The notes: a model not told the origin generated them from the letters alone. Numbered from the stretch's first letter, positions 1-18,297 are shown. The stretch: 64,000 nt of DNA from Eledone cirrhosa (GCA_964016885.1 OZ024741.1:23498001-23562000), one strand, 5' to 3'. Program-made: numbers and translations.

Positions 1-3000
1 CAGCATCAACAGTACCCCTTTACACTGTACTGGGTACATTATATCACAGCACCAACACTACCACTTTACACTGTACTGGGTACATTATATCACAGCACCA
101 ACACTACCACTTTATACTGTACTGGGTATATTATATCACAGCACCAGCACTACCACTTTACACTGTACTGGGTATATTATATCACCGCACCAACACTACC
201 ACTTTACACTGTACAGGGTACATTATATCACAGCACCAGCACTACCACTTTACACTGTACTGGGTATATTATATCACAGCACCAACACTACCACTTTACA
301 CTGTACTGGGTACATTATATCACAGCACCAGCACTACCACTTTACACTGTACTGGGTATATTATATCACGGCACCAACACTATCACTTTACACTGTACTG
401 GGTACATTATATCACAGCACCAACACTACCACTTTACACTGTACTGGGTATATTATATCATACCACCAGCACTACCACTTTACACTGTACTGGGTACATT
501 ATATCACAGCACCAGTACTACCACTTTACACTGTACTGGGTATATTATATCACAGCACCAACACTACCACTTTACACTGTACTGGGTATATTATATCACA
601 GAACCAACACCACCACTTTACACTGTACTGGGTACATTATATCACAGCACCAACATTACCACTTTACACTGTACTGGGTATATTATATCACAGCACCAGC
701 ACTACCACTTTACACTGTACTGGGTATATTATATCACAGCACCAACACTACCACTTTACACTGTACTGGGTATATTATATCACAGCACCAACACCCCCAC
801 TTTACACTGTACTGGGTATATTATATCACAGCATCAAAACTACCCCTTTACACTGTACTGGGTACATTATATCACAGCACCAACACTACCACTTTACACT
901 GTACTGGGTACATTATATCACAGCACCAACACTACCACTTTACACTGTACTGGGTATATTATAATCACAGCACCAGCACTACCACTTTACACTGTACTGG
1001 GTATATTATATCACGGCACCAACACTACCACTTTACACTGTACTGGGTATATTATATCACAGCACCAACACCCCCACTTTACACTGTACTGGGTACATTA
1101 TATCACAGCACCAACATTACCATTTTACACTGTACTGGGTATATTATATCACAGCACCAACACTACCACTTTACACTGTACTGGGTACATTATATCACAG
1201 CACCACCACTACCACTTTACACTGTACTGGGTATATTATATCACAGCACCAACACTACCATTTTACACTGTACTGGGTATATTATATCACAGCACCAACA
1301 CTACCACTTTACACTGTACTGGGTATATTATATCACAGCACCAGCACTACCACTTTACACTGTACTGGGTACATTATATCACAGCACCAGCACTACCACT
1401 TTACACTGTACTGGGTACATTATATCACAGCACCAACACTCCCCCTTTACACTGTACTGGGTATATTATATCACAGCATCAACACAACCCCTTTACACTG
1501 TACTGGGTACATTATATCACAGCACCAACACTACCACTTTACACTGTACTGGGTATATTATAATCACAGCACCAATACTACCACTTTACACTGTACTGGG
1601 TATATTATATCACAGCATCAACACTACCACTTTACACTGTACTGGGTATATTATATCACAGCACCAACACTACCACTTTACACTGTACTGGGTACATTAT
1701 ATCACAGCACCAGTACTACCACTTTACACTGTACTGGGAACATTATATCACAGCACCAACACCATCACCTTACACTGTACTGGGTACATTATATCACAGC
1801 ATCAACACTACCACTTTACACTGTACTGGGTATATTATATCACAGCACCAACACTACCCCTTTACACTGTACTGGGTATATTATATCACAGCATCAACAG
1901 TACCCCTTTACGCTGTACTGGGTACATTATATCACAGCACCAACACCACCACTTTACACTGTACTGGGTATATTATATCACAGCATCAACACTACCACTT
2001 TACACTGTACTGGGTATATTATATCACAGCATCAACAGTACCCCTTTACGCTGTACTGGGTACATTATATCACAGCACCAACACTCCCCCTTTACACTGT
2101 ACTGGGTATATTATATCACAGCATCAACACAACCCCTTTACACTGTACTGGGTATATTATAATCACAGCACCAATACTACCACTTTACACTGTACTGGGT
2201 ATATTATATCACAGCATCAACACTACCACTTTACACTGTACTGGGAATATTATATCACAGCACCAACACTACCACTTTACACTGTACTGGGTATATTATA
2301 ATCACAGCACCAGTACTACCACTTTACACTGTACCGGGAACATTATATCACAGCACCAACACCATCACTTTACACTGTACTGGGTACATTATATCACAGC
2401 ACCAACACTACCACTTTACACTGTACTGGGTATATTATATCACACCACTAGCACTACCACTTTACACTGTACTGGGTACATTATATAACAGCACCAACAC
2501 TACCACTTTACACTGTACTGGGTACATTACATCACAGCACTAGCACTACCACTTTACACTGTACTGGGTACATTATATCACAGCACCAACACTACCCCTT
2601 TACACTGTACTGGGTATATTATATCACAGCATCAACAGTACCCCTTTACGCTGTACTGGGTACATTATATCACAGCACCAACACCACCACTTTACACTCT
2701 ACTGGGTACATTATATCACAGCACCAACACTACCACTTTACACTGTACTGGGTATATTATATCACAGCACCAACATTACTACTTTACACTGCACTGGGTA
2801 CATTATATCACAGCACCAACACTACCACTTTACACTGTACTGGGTACATTATATCACAGCACCAACACTACCACTTTACACTGTACTGGGTACATTATAT
2901 CACAGCACCAACACCACCACTTTACACTCTACTGGGTACATTATATCACAGCACCAACACTACCACTTTACACTGTACTGGGTATATTATATCACAGCAC

Positions 3001-6000
3001 CAACATTACTACTTTACACTGCACTGGGTACATTATATCACAGCACCAACACCACAACTTTACACTGTACTGGGTACATTATATCACAGCACCAACACTA
3101 CCACTTTACACTGTACTGGGTACATTATATCACAGCACCAACACTACCACTTTACACTGCACTGGGTACATTATATCACAGCATCAACACTACCACTTTA
3201 CACTGTACTGGGTACATTATATCACAGCACCAACACTACCACTTTACACTGTACTGGGTATATTATAATCACAGCACCAGCACTACCACTTTACACTGTA
3301 CTGGGTACATTATATCACAGCATCAACACGACCACTTTACACTGTACTGGGTATATTATATCACAGCATCAACAGTACCCCTTTACACTGTACTGGGTAC
3401 ATTATATCACAGCACCAACACCACCACTTTACACTCTACTGGGTACATTATATCACAGCACCAACACTACCACTTTACACTGTACTGTGTATATTATATC
3501 ACAGCACCAACATTACTACTTTACACTGCACTGGGTACATTATATCACAGCACCAACACTACCACTTTACACAGTACTGGGTACATTATATCACAGCACC
3601 AACATTACCACTTTACACTGTACTGGGTACATTATATCACAGCACCAACACTACCACTTTACACTGCACTGGGTACATTATATCACAGTACTACCACTTT
3701 ACACTGTACTGGGTATATTATATCACAGCACCAGCACTACCACTTTACACTGTACTGGTTACATTATATCACAGCATCAACACTACCACTTTACACTGTA
3801 CTGGGTATATTATAATCACAGCACCAGCACTAACACTTTACACTGTACTGGGTACATTATATCACAGCATCAACACGACCACTTTACACTGTACTGGGTA
3901 TATTATATCACAGCACCAGCACTACCACTTTACACTGTACTGGGTATATTATAATCACAAAACCAACACTACCACTTTACACTATACTGGGTACATTATA
4001 TCACAGCATCAACACTACCACTTTACACTGTACTGGGTACATTATATCACAGCACCAACACTACCACTTTACACTGCACTGGGTACATTATATCACAGCA
4101 CCAACACTACCACTTTACACTGCACTGGGTACATTATATCACAGCACCAACACTACCACTTTACACTGTACTGGGTATATTATAATCACAGCACCAACAC
4201 TACTACTTTACACTGTACTGGGTATATTATAATCACAGCACCAACACTACCACTTTTCACTGTACTGGGTATATTATATCACAGCATCAACAGTACCCCT
4301 TTACACTGTACTGGGTACATTATATCACAGCACCAACACCACCACTTTACACTGTACTGGGTACATTATATCACAACACCAGCACTACCACTTTACACTG
4401 TACTGGGTATATTATATCACCGCACCAACACTACCACTTTACACTGTACAGGGTACATTATATCACAGCACCAACACTACCACTTTACACTGTACTGGGT
4501 ACATTATATCACAGCACCAACACTACCACTTTACACTGTACTGGGTATATTATATCACAGCACCAACATTACTACTTTACACTGCACTGGGTACATTATA
4601 TCACAGCACCAACACTACCACTTTACACTGTACTGGGTACATTATATCACAGCACCAACACTACCACTTTACACTGCACTGGGTACATTATATCACAACA
4701 CCAACACTACCACTTTACACTGCACTGGGTACATTATATCACAGCACCAACACTACCACTTTACACTGTACTGGGTACATTATATCACAGCACTACCACT
4801 TTACACTGTACTGGGTATATTATATCACAGCACCAGCACTACCACTTTACACTGTACTGGTTACATTATATCACAGCATCAACACTACCACTTTACACTG
4901 TACTGGGTACATTATATCACAGCACCAACACTACCACTTTACACTGTACTGGGTATATTATAATCACAGCACCAGCACTACCACTTTACACTGTACTGGG
5001 TATATTATATCACAGCACCAACACTACCACTTTACACTGTACTGGGTATATTATATCACAGCACCAACACCCCCACTTTACACTGTACTGGGTATATTAT
5101 ATCACAGCATCAACACTACCCCTTTACACTGTACTGGGTACATTATATCACAGCACCAACACTACCACTTTACACTGTACTGGGTACATTATATCACAGC
5201 ACCAACACTACCACTTTACACTGTACTGGGTATATTATAATCACAGCACCAGCACTACCACTTTACACTGTACTGGGTATATTATATCACGGCACCAACA
5301 CTACCACTTTACACTGTACTGGGTATATTATATCACAGCACCAACACCCCCACTTTACACTGTACTGGGTACATTATATCACAGCACCAACATTACCATT
5401 TTACACTGTACTGGGTATATTATATCACAGCACCAACAGTACCACTTTACACTGTACTGGGTACATTATAACACAGCATCAACACTACCACTTTACACTG
5501 TACTGGGTACATTATATCACAGCACCACCACTACCACTTTACACTGTACTGGGTATATTATATCACAGCACCAACACTACCATTTTACACTGTACTGGGT
5601 ATATTATATCACAGCACCAACACTACCACTTTACACTGTACTGGGTATATTATATCACAGCACCAGCACTACCACTTTACACTGTACTGGGTACATTATA
5701 TCACAGCACCAGCACTACCACTTTACACTGTACTGGGTACATTATATCACAGCACCAACACTCCCCCTTTACACTGTACTGGGTATATTATATCACAGCA
5801 TCAACACTACCCCTTTACACTGTACTGGGTACATTATATCACAGCACCAACACTACCACTTTACACTGTACTGGGTACATTATATCACAGCACCAACACT
5901 ACCACTTTACACTGTACTGCGTATATTATAATCACAGCACCAATACTACCACTTTACACTGTACTGGGTATAATATATCACAGCATCAACACTACCACTT

Positions 6001-9000
6001 TACACTGTACTGGGTATATTATATCACAGCACCAACACTACCACTTTACACTGTACTGGGTACATTATATCACAGCACCAGTACTACCACTTTACACTGT
6101 ACTGGGAACATTATATCACAGCACCAACACTACCACTTTACACTGTACTGGGTATATTATATCACACCACCAGCACTTCCACTTTACACTGTACTGGGTA
6201 TATTATATCACAGAACCAACACCACCACTTTACACTGTACTGGGTACATTATATCACAGCACCAACATTACCACTTTACACTGTACTGGGTATATTATAT
6301 CACAGCACCAACACCCCCACTTTACACTGTACTGGGTATATTATATCACAGCATCAACACTACCCCTTTACACTGTACTGGGTACATTATATCACAGCAC
6401 CAACACTACCACTTTACACTGTACTGGGTACATTATATCACAGCACCAACACTACCACTTTACACTGTACTGGGTATATTATATCACAGCACCAACATTA
6501 CCATTTTACACTGTACTGGGTACATTATAACACAGCATCAACACTACCACTTTACACTGTACTGGGTACATTATATCACAGCACCACCACTACCACTTTA
6601 CACTGTACTGGGTATATTATATCACAGCACCAACACTACCATTTTACACTGTACTGGGTATATTATATCACAGCACCAACACTACCACTTTACACTGTAC
6701 TGGGTATATTATATCACAGCACCAGCACTACCACTTTACACTGTACTGGGTACATTATATCACAGCACCAGCACTACCACTTTACACTGTACTGGGTACA
6801 TTATATCACAGCACCAACACTCCCCCTTTACACTGTACTGGGTATATTATATCACAGCATCAACACAACCCCTTTACACTGTACTGGGTACATTATATCA
6901 CAGCACCAACACTACCACTTTACACTGTACTGGGTACATTATATCACAGCACGAACACTACCACTTTACACTGTACTGGGTATATTATAATCACAGCACC
7001 AATACTACCACTTTACACTGTACTGGGTATATTATATCACAGCATCAACACTACCACTTTACACTGTACTGGGTATATTATATCACAGCACCAACACTAC
7101 CACTTTACACTGTACTGGGTACATTATATGACAGCACCAGTACTACCACTTTACACTGTACTGGGAACATTATATCACAGCACCAACACCATCACCTTAC
7201 ACTGTACTGGGTACATCATATCACAGCACGAAGACTACCACTTTACACTGTACTGGGTATATTATATCACAGCATCAACACTACCACTTTACACTGTACT
7301 TGGTACATTATATCACGGCACCAACACTACCACTTTACACTGTACTGGGTATATTATAATCACAGCACCAACACTACCACTTTACACTGTACTGGGTATA
7401 TTATATCACAGCATCAACACTACCACTTTACACTGTACTGGGTATATTATATCACAGCACCAACACTACCACTTTACACTGTACTGGGTATATTATAATC
7501 ACAGCACCAACACTACCACTTTACACTATACTGGGTATATTATATCACAGCATCAACACTACCACTTTACACTGTACTGGGTATATTATATCACAGCACC
7601 AACACTACCACTTTACACTGTACTGGGTACATTATATCACAGCACCAGTACTACCACTTTACACTGTACCGGGAACATTATATCACAGCACCAACACCAT
7701 CACTTTACACTGTACTGGGTACATTATATCACAGCACCAACACTACCACTTTACACTGTACTGGGTATATTATATCACACCACCAGCACCACCACTTTAC
7801 ACTGTACTGGGTACATTATATAACAGCACCAACACTACCACTTTACACTGTACTGGGTACATTATATCACAGCACCAACACTACCCCTTTACATTGTACT
7901 GGGTATATTATATCACAGCATCAACAGTACCCCTTTACACTGTACTGGGTACATTATATCACAGCACCAACACCACCACTTTACACTCTACTGGGTACAT
8001 TATATCACAGCACCAACACTACCACTTTACACTGTACTGGGTATATTATATCACAGCACCAACATTACTACTTTACACTGCACTGGGTACATTATATCAC
8101 AGCACCAACACTACCACTTTACACTGTACTGGGTACATTATATCACAGCACCAACACCACCACTTTACACTCTACTGGGTACATTATATCACAGCACCAA
8201 CACTACCACTTTACACTGTACTGGGTATATTATATCACAGCACCAACATTACTACTTTACACTGCACTGGGTACATTATATCACAGCACCAACACTACCA
8301 CTTTACACTGTACTGGGTACATTATATCACAGCACCAACACTACCACTTTACACTGTACTGGGTACATTATATCACAGCACCAACACTACCACTTTACAC
8401 TGCACTGGGTACATTATATCACAGCATCAACACCACCACTTTACACTGTACTGGGTACATTATATCACAGCACCAACACTACCACTTTACACTGTACTGG
8501 GTACATTATATCACAGCACCAACACTACCACTTTACACTGTACTGGGTACATTATATCACAGCACCAACACTACCACTTTACACTGCACTGGGTACATTA
8601 TATCACAGCATCAACACTACCACTTTACACTGTACTGGGTACATTATATCACAGCACCAACACTACCACTTTACACTGCACTGGGTACATTATATCACAG
8701 CATCAACACTACCACTTTACACTGTACTGGGTACATTATATCACAGCACCAACACTACCACTTTACACTGTACTGGGTATATTATATCACAGCACCAACA
8801 TTACTACTTTACACTGCACTGGGTACATTATATCACAGCACCAACACTACCACTTTACACTGTACTGGGTATATTATAATCACAGCACCAGCACCCCCAC
8901 TTTACACTGTACTGGGTATATTATATCACAGCACCAACACTACCACTTTACACTGTACTGGGTATATTATAATCACAGCACCAGCACTACCACTTTACAC

Positions 9001-12000
9001 TGTACTGGGTACATTATATCACAGCATCAACACGACCACTTTACACTGTACTGGGTATATTATATCACAGCATCAACAGTACCCCCTTTACACTGTACTG
9101 GGTACATTATATCACAGCACCAACACCACCACTTTACACTCTACTGGGTACATTATATCACAGCACCAACACTACCACTTTACACTGTACTGGGTATATT
9201 ATATCACAGCACCAACATTACTACTTTACACTGCACTGGGTACATTATATCACAGCACCAACACTACCACTTTACACTGTACTGGGTACATTATATCACA
9301 GCACCAACACTACCACTTTACACTGTACTGGGTATATTATATCACAGCACCAACATTACTACTTTACACTGCACTGGGTACATTATATCACAGCACCAAC
9401 ACTACCACTTTACACTGTACTGGGTACATTATATCACAGCACCAACACTACCACTTTACACTGCACTGGGTACATTATATCACAACACCAACACTACCAC
9501 TTTACACTGCACTGGGTACATTATATCACAGCACCAACACTACCACTTTACACTGTACTGGGTACATTATATCACAGCACTACCACTTTACACTGTACTG
9601 GGTATATTATATCACAGCACCAGCACTACCACTTTACACTGTACTGGTTACATTATATCACAGCATCAACACTACCACTTTACACTGTACTGGGTACATT
9701 ATATCACAGCACCAACACTACCACTTTACACTGTACTGGGTATATTATAATCACAGCACCAGCACTACCACTTTACACTGTACTGGGTATATTATATCAC
9801 AGCACCAACACTACCACTTTACACTGTACTGGGTATATTATATCACAGCACCAACACCCCCACTTTACACTGTACTGGGTATATTATATCACAGCATCAA
9901 CACTACCCCTTTACACTGTACTGGGTACATTATATCACAGCACCAACACTACCACTTTACACTGTACTGGGTACATTATATCACAGCACCAACACTACCA
10001 CTTTACACTGTACTGGGTATATTATAATCACAGCACCAGCACTACCACTTTACACTGTACTGGGTATATTATATCACGGCACCAACACTACCACTTTACA
10101 CTGTACTGGGTATATTATATCACAGCACCAACACCCCCACTTTACACTGTACTGGGTACATTATATCACAGCACCAACATTACCATTTTACACTGTACTG
10201 GGTATATTATATCACAGCACCAACAGTACCACTTTACACTGTACTGGGTACATTATAACACAGCATCAACACTACCACTTTACACTGTACTGGGTACATT
10301 ATATCACAGCACCACCACTACCACTTTACACTGTACTGGGTATATTATATCACAGCACCAACACTACCATTTTACACTGTACTGGGTATATTATATCACA
10401 GCACCAACACTACCACTTTACACTGTACTGGGTATATTATATCACAGCACCAGCACTACCACTTTACACTGTACTGGGTACATTATATCACAGCACCAGC
10501 ACTACCACTTTACACTGTACTGGGTACATTATATCACAGCACCAACACTCCCCCTTTACACTGTACTGGGTATATTATATCACAGCATCAACACTACCCC
10601 TTTACACTGTACTGGGTACATTATATCACAGCACCAACACTACCACTTTACACTGTACTGGGTACATTATATCACAGCACCAACACTACCACTTTACACT
10701 GTACTGCGTATATTATAATCACAGCACCAATACTACCACTTTACACTGTACTGGGTATAATATATCACAGCATCAACACTACCACTTTACACTGTACTGG
10801 GTATATTATATCACAGCACCAACACTACCACTTTACACTGTACTGGGTACATTATATCACAGCACCAGTACTACCACTTTACACTGTACTGGGAACATTA
10901 TATCACAGCACCAACACTACCACTTTACACTGTACTGGGTATATTATATCACACCACCAGCACTTCCACTTTACACTGTACTGGGTATATTATATCACAG
11001 AACCAACACCACCACTTTACACTGTACTGGGTACATTATATCACAGCACCAACATTACCACTTTACACTGTACTGGGTATATTATATCACAGCACCAACA
11101 CCCCCACTTTACACTGTACTGGGTATATTATATCACAGCATCAACACTACCCCTTTACACTGTACTGGGTACATTATATCACAGCACCAACACTACCACT
11201 TTACACTGTACTGGGTACATTATATCACAGCACCAACACTACCACTTTACACTGTACTGGGTATATTATATCACAGCACCAACATTACCATTTTACACTG
11301 TACTGGGTACATTATAACACAGCATCAACACTACCACTTTACACTGTACTGGGTACATTATATCACAGCACCACCACTACCACTTTACACTGTACTGGGT
11401 ATATTATATCACAGCACCAACACTACCATTTTACACTGTACTGGGTATATTATATCACAGCACCAACACTACCACTTTACACTGTACTGGGTATATTATA
11501 TCACAGCACCAGCACTACCACTTTACACTGTACTGGGTACATTATATCACAGCACCAGCACTACCACTTTACACTGTACTGGGTACATTATATCACAGCA
11601 CCAACACTCCCCCTTTACACTGTACTGGGTATATTATATCACAGCATCAACACAACCCCTTTACACTGTACTGGGTACATTATATCACAGCACCAACACT
11701 ACCACTTTACACTGTACTGGGTACATTATATCACAGCACGAACACTACCACTTTACACTGTACTGGGTATATTATAATCACAGCACCAATACTACCACTT
11801 TACACTGTACTGGGTATATTATATCACAGCATCAACACTACCACTTTACACTGTACTGGGTATATTATATCACAGCACCAACACTACCACTTTACACTGT
11901 ACTGGGTACATTATATCACAGCACCAGTACTACCACTTTACACTGTACTGGGAACATTATATCACAGCACCAACACCATCACCTTACACTGTACTGGGTA

Positions 12001-15000
12001 CATTATATCACAGCACGAAGACTACCACTTTACACTGTACTGGGTATATTATATCACAGCATCAACACTACCACTTTACACTGTACTTGGTACATTATAT
12101 CACGGCACCAACACTACCACTTTACACTGTACTGGGTATATTATAATCACAGCACCAACACTACCACTTTACACTGTACTGGGTATATTATATCACAGCA
12201 TCAACACTACCACTTTACACTGTACTGGGTATATTATATCACAGCACCAACACTACCACTTTACACTGTACTGGGTATATTATAATCACAGCACCAACAC
12301 TACCACTTTACACTGTACTGGGTATATTATATCACAGCATCAACACTACCACTTTACACTGTACTGGGTATATTATATCACAGCACCAACACTACCACTT
12401 TACACTGTACTGGGTACATTATATCACAGCACCAGTACTACCACTTTACACTGTACCGGGAACATTATATCACAGCACCAACACCATCACTTTACACTGT
12501 ACTGGGTACATTATATCACAGCACCAACACTACCACTTTACACTGTACTGGGTATATTATATCACACCACCAGCACTACCACTTTACACTGTACTGGGTA
12601 CATTATATAACAGCACCAACACTACCACTTTACACTGTACTGGGTACATTATATCACAGCACCAACACTACCCCTTTACATTGTACTGGGTATATTATAT
12701 CACAGCATCAACAGTACCCCTTTACACTGTACTGGGTACATTATATCACAGCACCAACACCACCACTTTACACTCTACTGGGTACATTATATCACAGCAC
12801 CAACACTACCACTTTACACTGTACTGGGTATATTATATCACAGCACCAACATTACTACTTTACACTGCACTGGGTACATTATATCACAGCACCAACACTA
12901 CCACTTTACACTGTACTGGGTACATTATATCACAGCACCAACACCACCACTTTACACTCTACTGGGTACATTATATCACAGCACCAACACTACCACTTTA
13001 CACTGTACTGGGTATATTATATCACAGCACCAACATTACTACTTTACACTGCACTGGGTACATTATATCACAGCACCAACACTACCACTTTACACTGTAC
13101 TGGGTACATTATATCACAGCAGCAACACTACCACTTTACACTGTACTGGGTACATTATATCACAGCACCAACACTACCACTTTACACTGCACTGGGTACA
13201 TTATATCACAGCATCAACACTACCACTTTACACTGTACTGGGTACATTATATCACAGCACCAACACTACCACTTTACACTGTACTGGGTACATTATATCA
13301 CAGCACCAACACTACCACTTTACACTGTACTGGGTACATTATATCACAGCACCAACACTACCACTTTACACTGCACTGGGTACATTATATCACAGCATCA
13401 ACACTACCACTTTACACTGTACTGGGTACATTATATCACAGCACCAACACTACCACTTTACACTGCACTGGGTACATTATATCACAGCATCAACACTACC
13501 ACTTTACACTGTACTGGGTACATTATATCACAGCACCAACACTACCACTTTACACTGTACTGGGTATATTATATCACAGCACCAACATTACTACTTTACA
13601 CTGCACTGGGTACATTATATCACAGCACCAACACTACCACTTTACACTGTACTGGGTATATTATAATCACAGCACCAGCACCCCCACTTTACACTGTACT
13701 GGGTATATTATATCACAGCACCAACACTACCACTTTACACTGTACTGGGTATATTATAATCACAGCACCAGCACTACCACTTTACACTGTACTGGGTACA
13801 TTATATCACAGCATCAACACGACCACTTTACACTGTACTGGGTATATTATATCACAGCATCAACAGTACCCCTTTACACTGTACTGGGTACATTATATCA
13901 CAGCACCAACACCACCACTTTACACTCTACTGGGTACATTATATCACAGCACCAACACTACCACTTTACACTGTACTGGGTATATTATATCACAGCACCA
14001 ACATTACTACTTTACACTGCACTGGGTACATTATATCACAGCACCAACACTACCACTTTACACTGTACTGGGTACATTATATCACAGCACCAACACTACC
14101 ACTTTACACTGTACTGGGTACATTATATCACAGCACCAACACTACCACTTTACACTGCACTGGGTACATTATATCACAGTACTACCACTTTTCACTGTAC
14201 TGGGTATATTATATCACAGCACCAGCACTACCACTTTACACTGTACTGGGTACATTATATCACAGCACCAACACTACCACTTTACACTGTACTGGGTATA
14301 TTATAATCACAGCACCAGCACTAACACTTTACACTGTACTGGGTACATTATATCACAGCATCAACACGACCACTTTACACTGTACTGGGTATATTATATC
14401 ACAGCACCAGCACTACCACTTTACACTGTACTGGGTATATTATAATCACAGAACCAACACTACCACTTTACACTATACTGGGTACATTATATCACAGCAT
14501 CAACACTACCACTTTACACTGTACTGGGTACATTATATCACAGCACCAACACTACCACTTTACACTGTACTGGGTACATTATATCACAGCACCAACACTA
14601 CCACTTTACACTGTACTGGGTATATTATAATCACAGCACCAACACTACCACTTTACACTGTACTGGGTATATTATAATCACAGCACCAACACTACCACTT
14701 TACACTGTACTGGGTATATTATATCACAGCATCAACAGTACCCCTTTACACTGTACTGGGTACATTATATCACAGCACCAACACTACCACTTTACACTGT
14801 ACTGGGTACATTATATCACAGCACCAACACTACCACTTTATACTGTACTGGGTATATTATATCACAGCACCAGCACTACCACTTTACACTGTACTGGGTA
14901 TATTATATCACCGCACCAACACTACCACTTTACACTGTACAGGGTACATTATATCACAGCACCAGCACTACCACTTTACACTGTACTGGGTACATTATAT

Positions 15001-18000
15001 CACAGCACCAACACTACCCCTTTACACTGTACTGGGTATATGATATCACAGCATCAACAGTACCCTTTTACACTGTACTGGGTACATTATATCACAGCAC
15101 CAACACTACCACTTTACACTGTACTGGGTACATTATATCACAGCACCAACACTACCACTTTACACTGTACTGGGTATATTATATCACAGCACCAACATTA
15201 CTACTTTACACTGCACTGGGTACATTATATCACAGCACCAACACTACCACTTTACACTGTACTGGGTACATTATATCACATCACCAACACTACCACTTTA
15301 CACTGCACTGGGTACATTATATCACAGCACCAACACTACCACTTTACACTGTACTGGGTACATTATATCACAGCACTACCACTTTACACTGTACTGGGTA
15401 TATTATATCACAGCACCAGCACTACCACTTTACACTGTACTGGTTACATTATATCACAGCATCAACACTACCACTTTACACTGTACTGGGTACATTATAT
15501 CACAGCACCAACACTACCACTTTACACTGTACTGGGTATATTATAATCACAGCACCAGCACTACCACTTTACACTGTACTGGGTACATTATATCACAGCA
15601 TCAACACGACCACTTTACACTGTACTGGGTATATTATATCACAGCACCAGCACTACCACTTTACACTGTACTGGGTATATTATATCACAGCATCAACACT
15701 ACCACTTTACACTGTACTGTGTACATTATATCACAGCACCAACACTACGACTTTACACTGCACTGGGTACATTATATCACAGCACCACCACTACCAATTT
15801 ACACTGGACTGGGTATATTATATCACAACATCAACACTACCACTTTACACTGTACTGGGTACATTATATCACAGCACCAACACTACCACTTTACACTGTA
15901 CTGGGTACATTATATCACAGCACCAACACTACCACTTTACACTGCACTGGGTACATTATATCACAGTACTACCACTTTTCACTGTACTGGGTATATTATA
16001 TCACAGCACCAGCACTACCACTTTACACTGTACTGGGTACATTATATCACAGCACCAACACTACCACTTTACACTGTACTGGGTATATTATAATCACAGC
16101 ACCAGCACTAACACTTTACACTGTACTGGGTACATTATATCACAGCATCAACACGACCACTTTACACTGTACTGGGTATATTATATCACAGCACCAGCAC
16201 TACCACTTTACACTGTACTGGGTATATTATAATCACAGAACCAACACTACCACTTTACACTATACTGGGTACATTATATCACAGCATCAACACTACCACT
16301 TTACACTGTACTGGGTACATTATATCACAGCACCAACACTACCACTTTACACTGTACTGGGTACATTATATCACAGCACCAACACTACCACTTTACACTG
16401 TACTGGGTATATTATAATCACAGCACCAACACTACCACTTTACACTGTACTGGGTATATTATAATCACAGCACCAACACTACCACTTTACACTGTACTGG
16501 GTATATTATATCACAGCATCAACAGTACCCCTTTACACTGTACTGGGTACATTATATCACAGCACCAACACTACCACTTTACACTGTACTGGGTACATTA
16601 TATCACAGCACCAACACTACCACTTTATACTGTACTGGGTATATTATATCACAGCACCAGCACTACCACTTTACACTGTACTGGGTATATTATATCACCG
16701 CACCAACACTACCACTTTACACTGTACAGGGTACATTATATCACAGCACCAGCACTACCACTTTACACTGTACTGGGTACATTATATCACAGCACCAACA
16801 CTACCCCTTTACACTGTACTGGGTATATGATATCACAGCATCAACAGTACCCTTTTACACTGTACTGGGTACATTATATCACAGCACCAACACTACCACT
16901 TTACACTGTACTGGGTACATTATATCACAGCACCAACACTACCACTTTACACTGTACTGGGTATATTATATCACAGCACCAACATTACTACTTTACACTG
17001 CACTGGGTACATTATATCACAGCACCAACACTACCACTTTACACTGTACTGGGTACATTATATCACATCACCAACACTACCACTTTACACTGCACTGGGT
17101 ACATTATATCACAGCACCAACACTACCACTTTACACTGTACTGGGTACATTATATCACAGCACTACCACTTTACACTGTACTGGGTATATTATATCACAG
17201 CACCAGCACTACCACTTTACACTGTACTGGTTACATTATATCACAGCATCAACACTACCACTTTACACTGTACTGGGTACATTATATCACAGCACCAACA
17301 CTACCACTTTACACTGTACTGGGTATATTATAATCACAGCACCAGCACTACCACTTTACACTGTACTGGGTACATTATATCACAGCATCAACACGACCAC
17401 TTTACACTGTACTGGGTATATTATATCACAGCACCAGCACTACCACTTTACACTGTACTGGGTATATTATATCACAGCATCAACACTACCACTTTACACT
17501 GTACTGTGTACATTATATCACAGCACCAACACTACGACTTTACACTGCACTGGGTACATTATATCACAGCACCACCACTACCAATTTACACTGGACTGGG
17601 TATATTATATCACAACATCAACACTACCACTTTACACTGTACTGGGTACATTATATCACAGCACCAACACTACCACTTTACACTGTACTGGGTATATTGT
17701 AATCACAGCACCAACACTACCACTTTACACTGTACTGGGTATATTATATCACAGCACCAACACTACCACTTTACACTGTACTGGGTATATTATATCACAG
17801 CACCAACACTACCACTTTACACTGTACAGGGTATATTATATCACAGCACCAGCACTACCACTTTACACTGTACTGGGTACATTATATCACAGCACCAACA
17901 CTATCACTTTACACTGTACTGGGTACATTATATCACAGCATCAACACTACCACTTACACTGTACAGGGTATATTATATCACAGCAGCAACACTACCACTT

Positions 18001-18053
18001 TACACTGTACAGGGTATATTATATCACAGCACCAACACTACCACTTTACACTG
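1..18053. repeat. 46-bp tandem satellite (consensus CAGCACCAACACTACCACTTTACACTGTACTGGGTAYATTATATCA), roughly 390 units, continuing off the left edge
   Basis: Uninterrupted 46-bp periodicity with point variants, a +1 variant (TATAATCA) and occasional 40-bp deleted units; it ends at ...CCACTTTACACTG|AACCAGG. Confidence 0.98.
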
Positions 18054-18165
18054 AACCAGGTGCATTTTATTGTGTATATTTGCTTTTGTTTATAAAGCGT
18101 TATTAATATGAAGATTAAAATAAAATGTTTTCAATTATAAAATAGGTTTTCTTGACAATTTTTAG

Positions 18166-18255
18166 ACCAAAATCCATCCAAACCCGAAAGCAGATGTTGT
18201 GTCTGAGACAGTTTGTTGATTTTTTGAAAAAACTTTGGATTGTGTTTCCATATAC
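18166..18255 (+). CDS. Internal exon A of an unidentified + strand protein-coding gene (xPKSIQTRKQMLCLRQFVDFLKKLWIVFPY)
   Basis: TTTTTAG acceptor, GTAAGT donor and a 90-bp open frame. Its phase-2 end joins exon B in frame (AC+G = Thr). Confidence 0.7.
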
Positions 18256-18297
18256 GTAAGTTTTGAGTTTTCTATCACTGTATCATATCTTTATTAC

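Noticed and set aside
3487-18054. Long His/Thr/Tyr-rich ORFs up to 618 aa
   Set aside because: Translations of a 46-bp monomer that lacks stops on the + strand; frames cycle every unit and break at indel variants.
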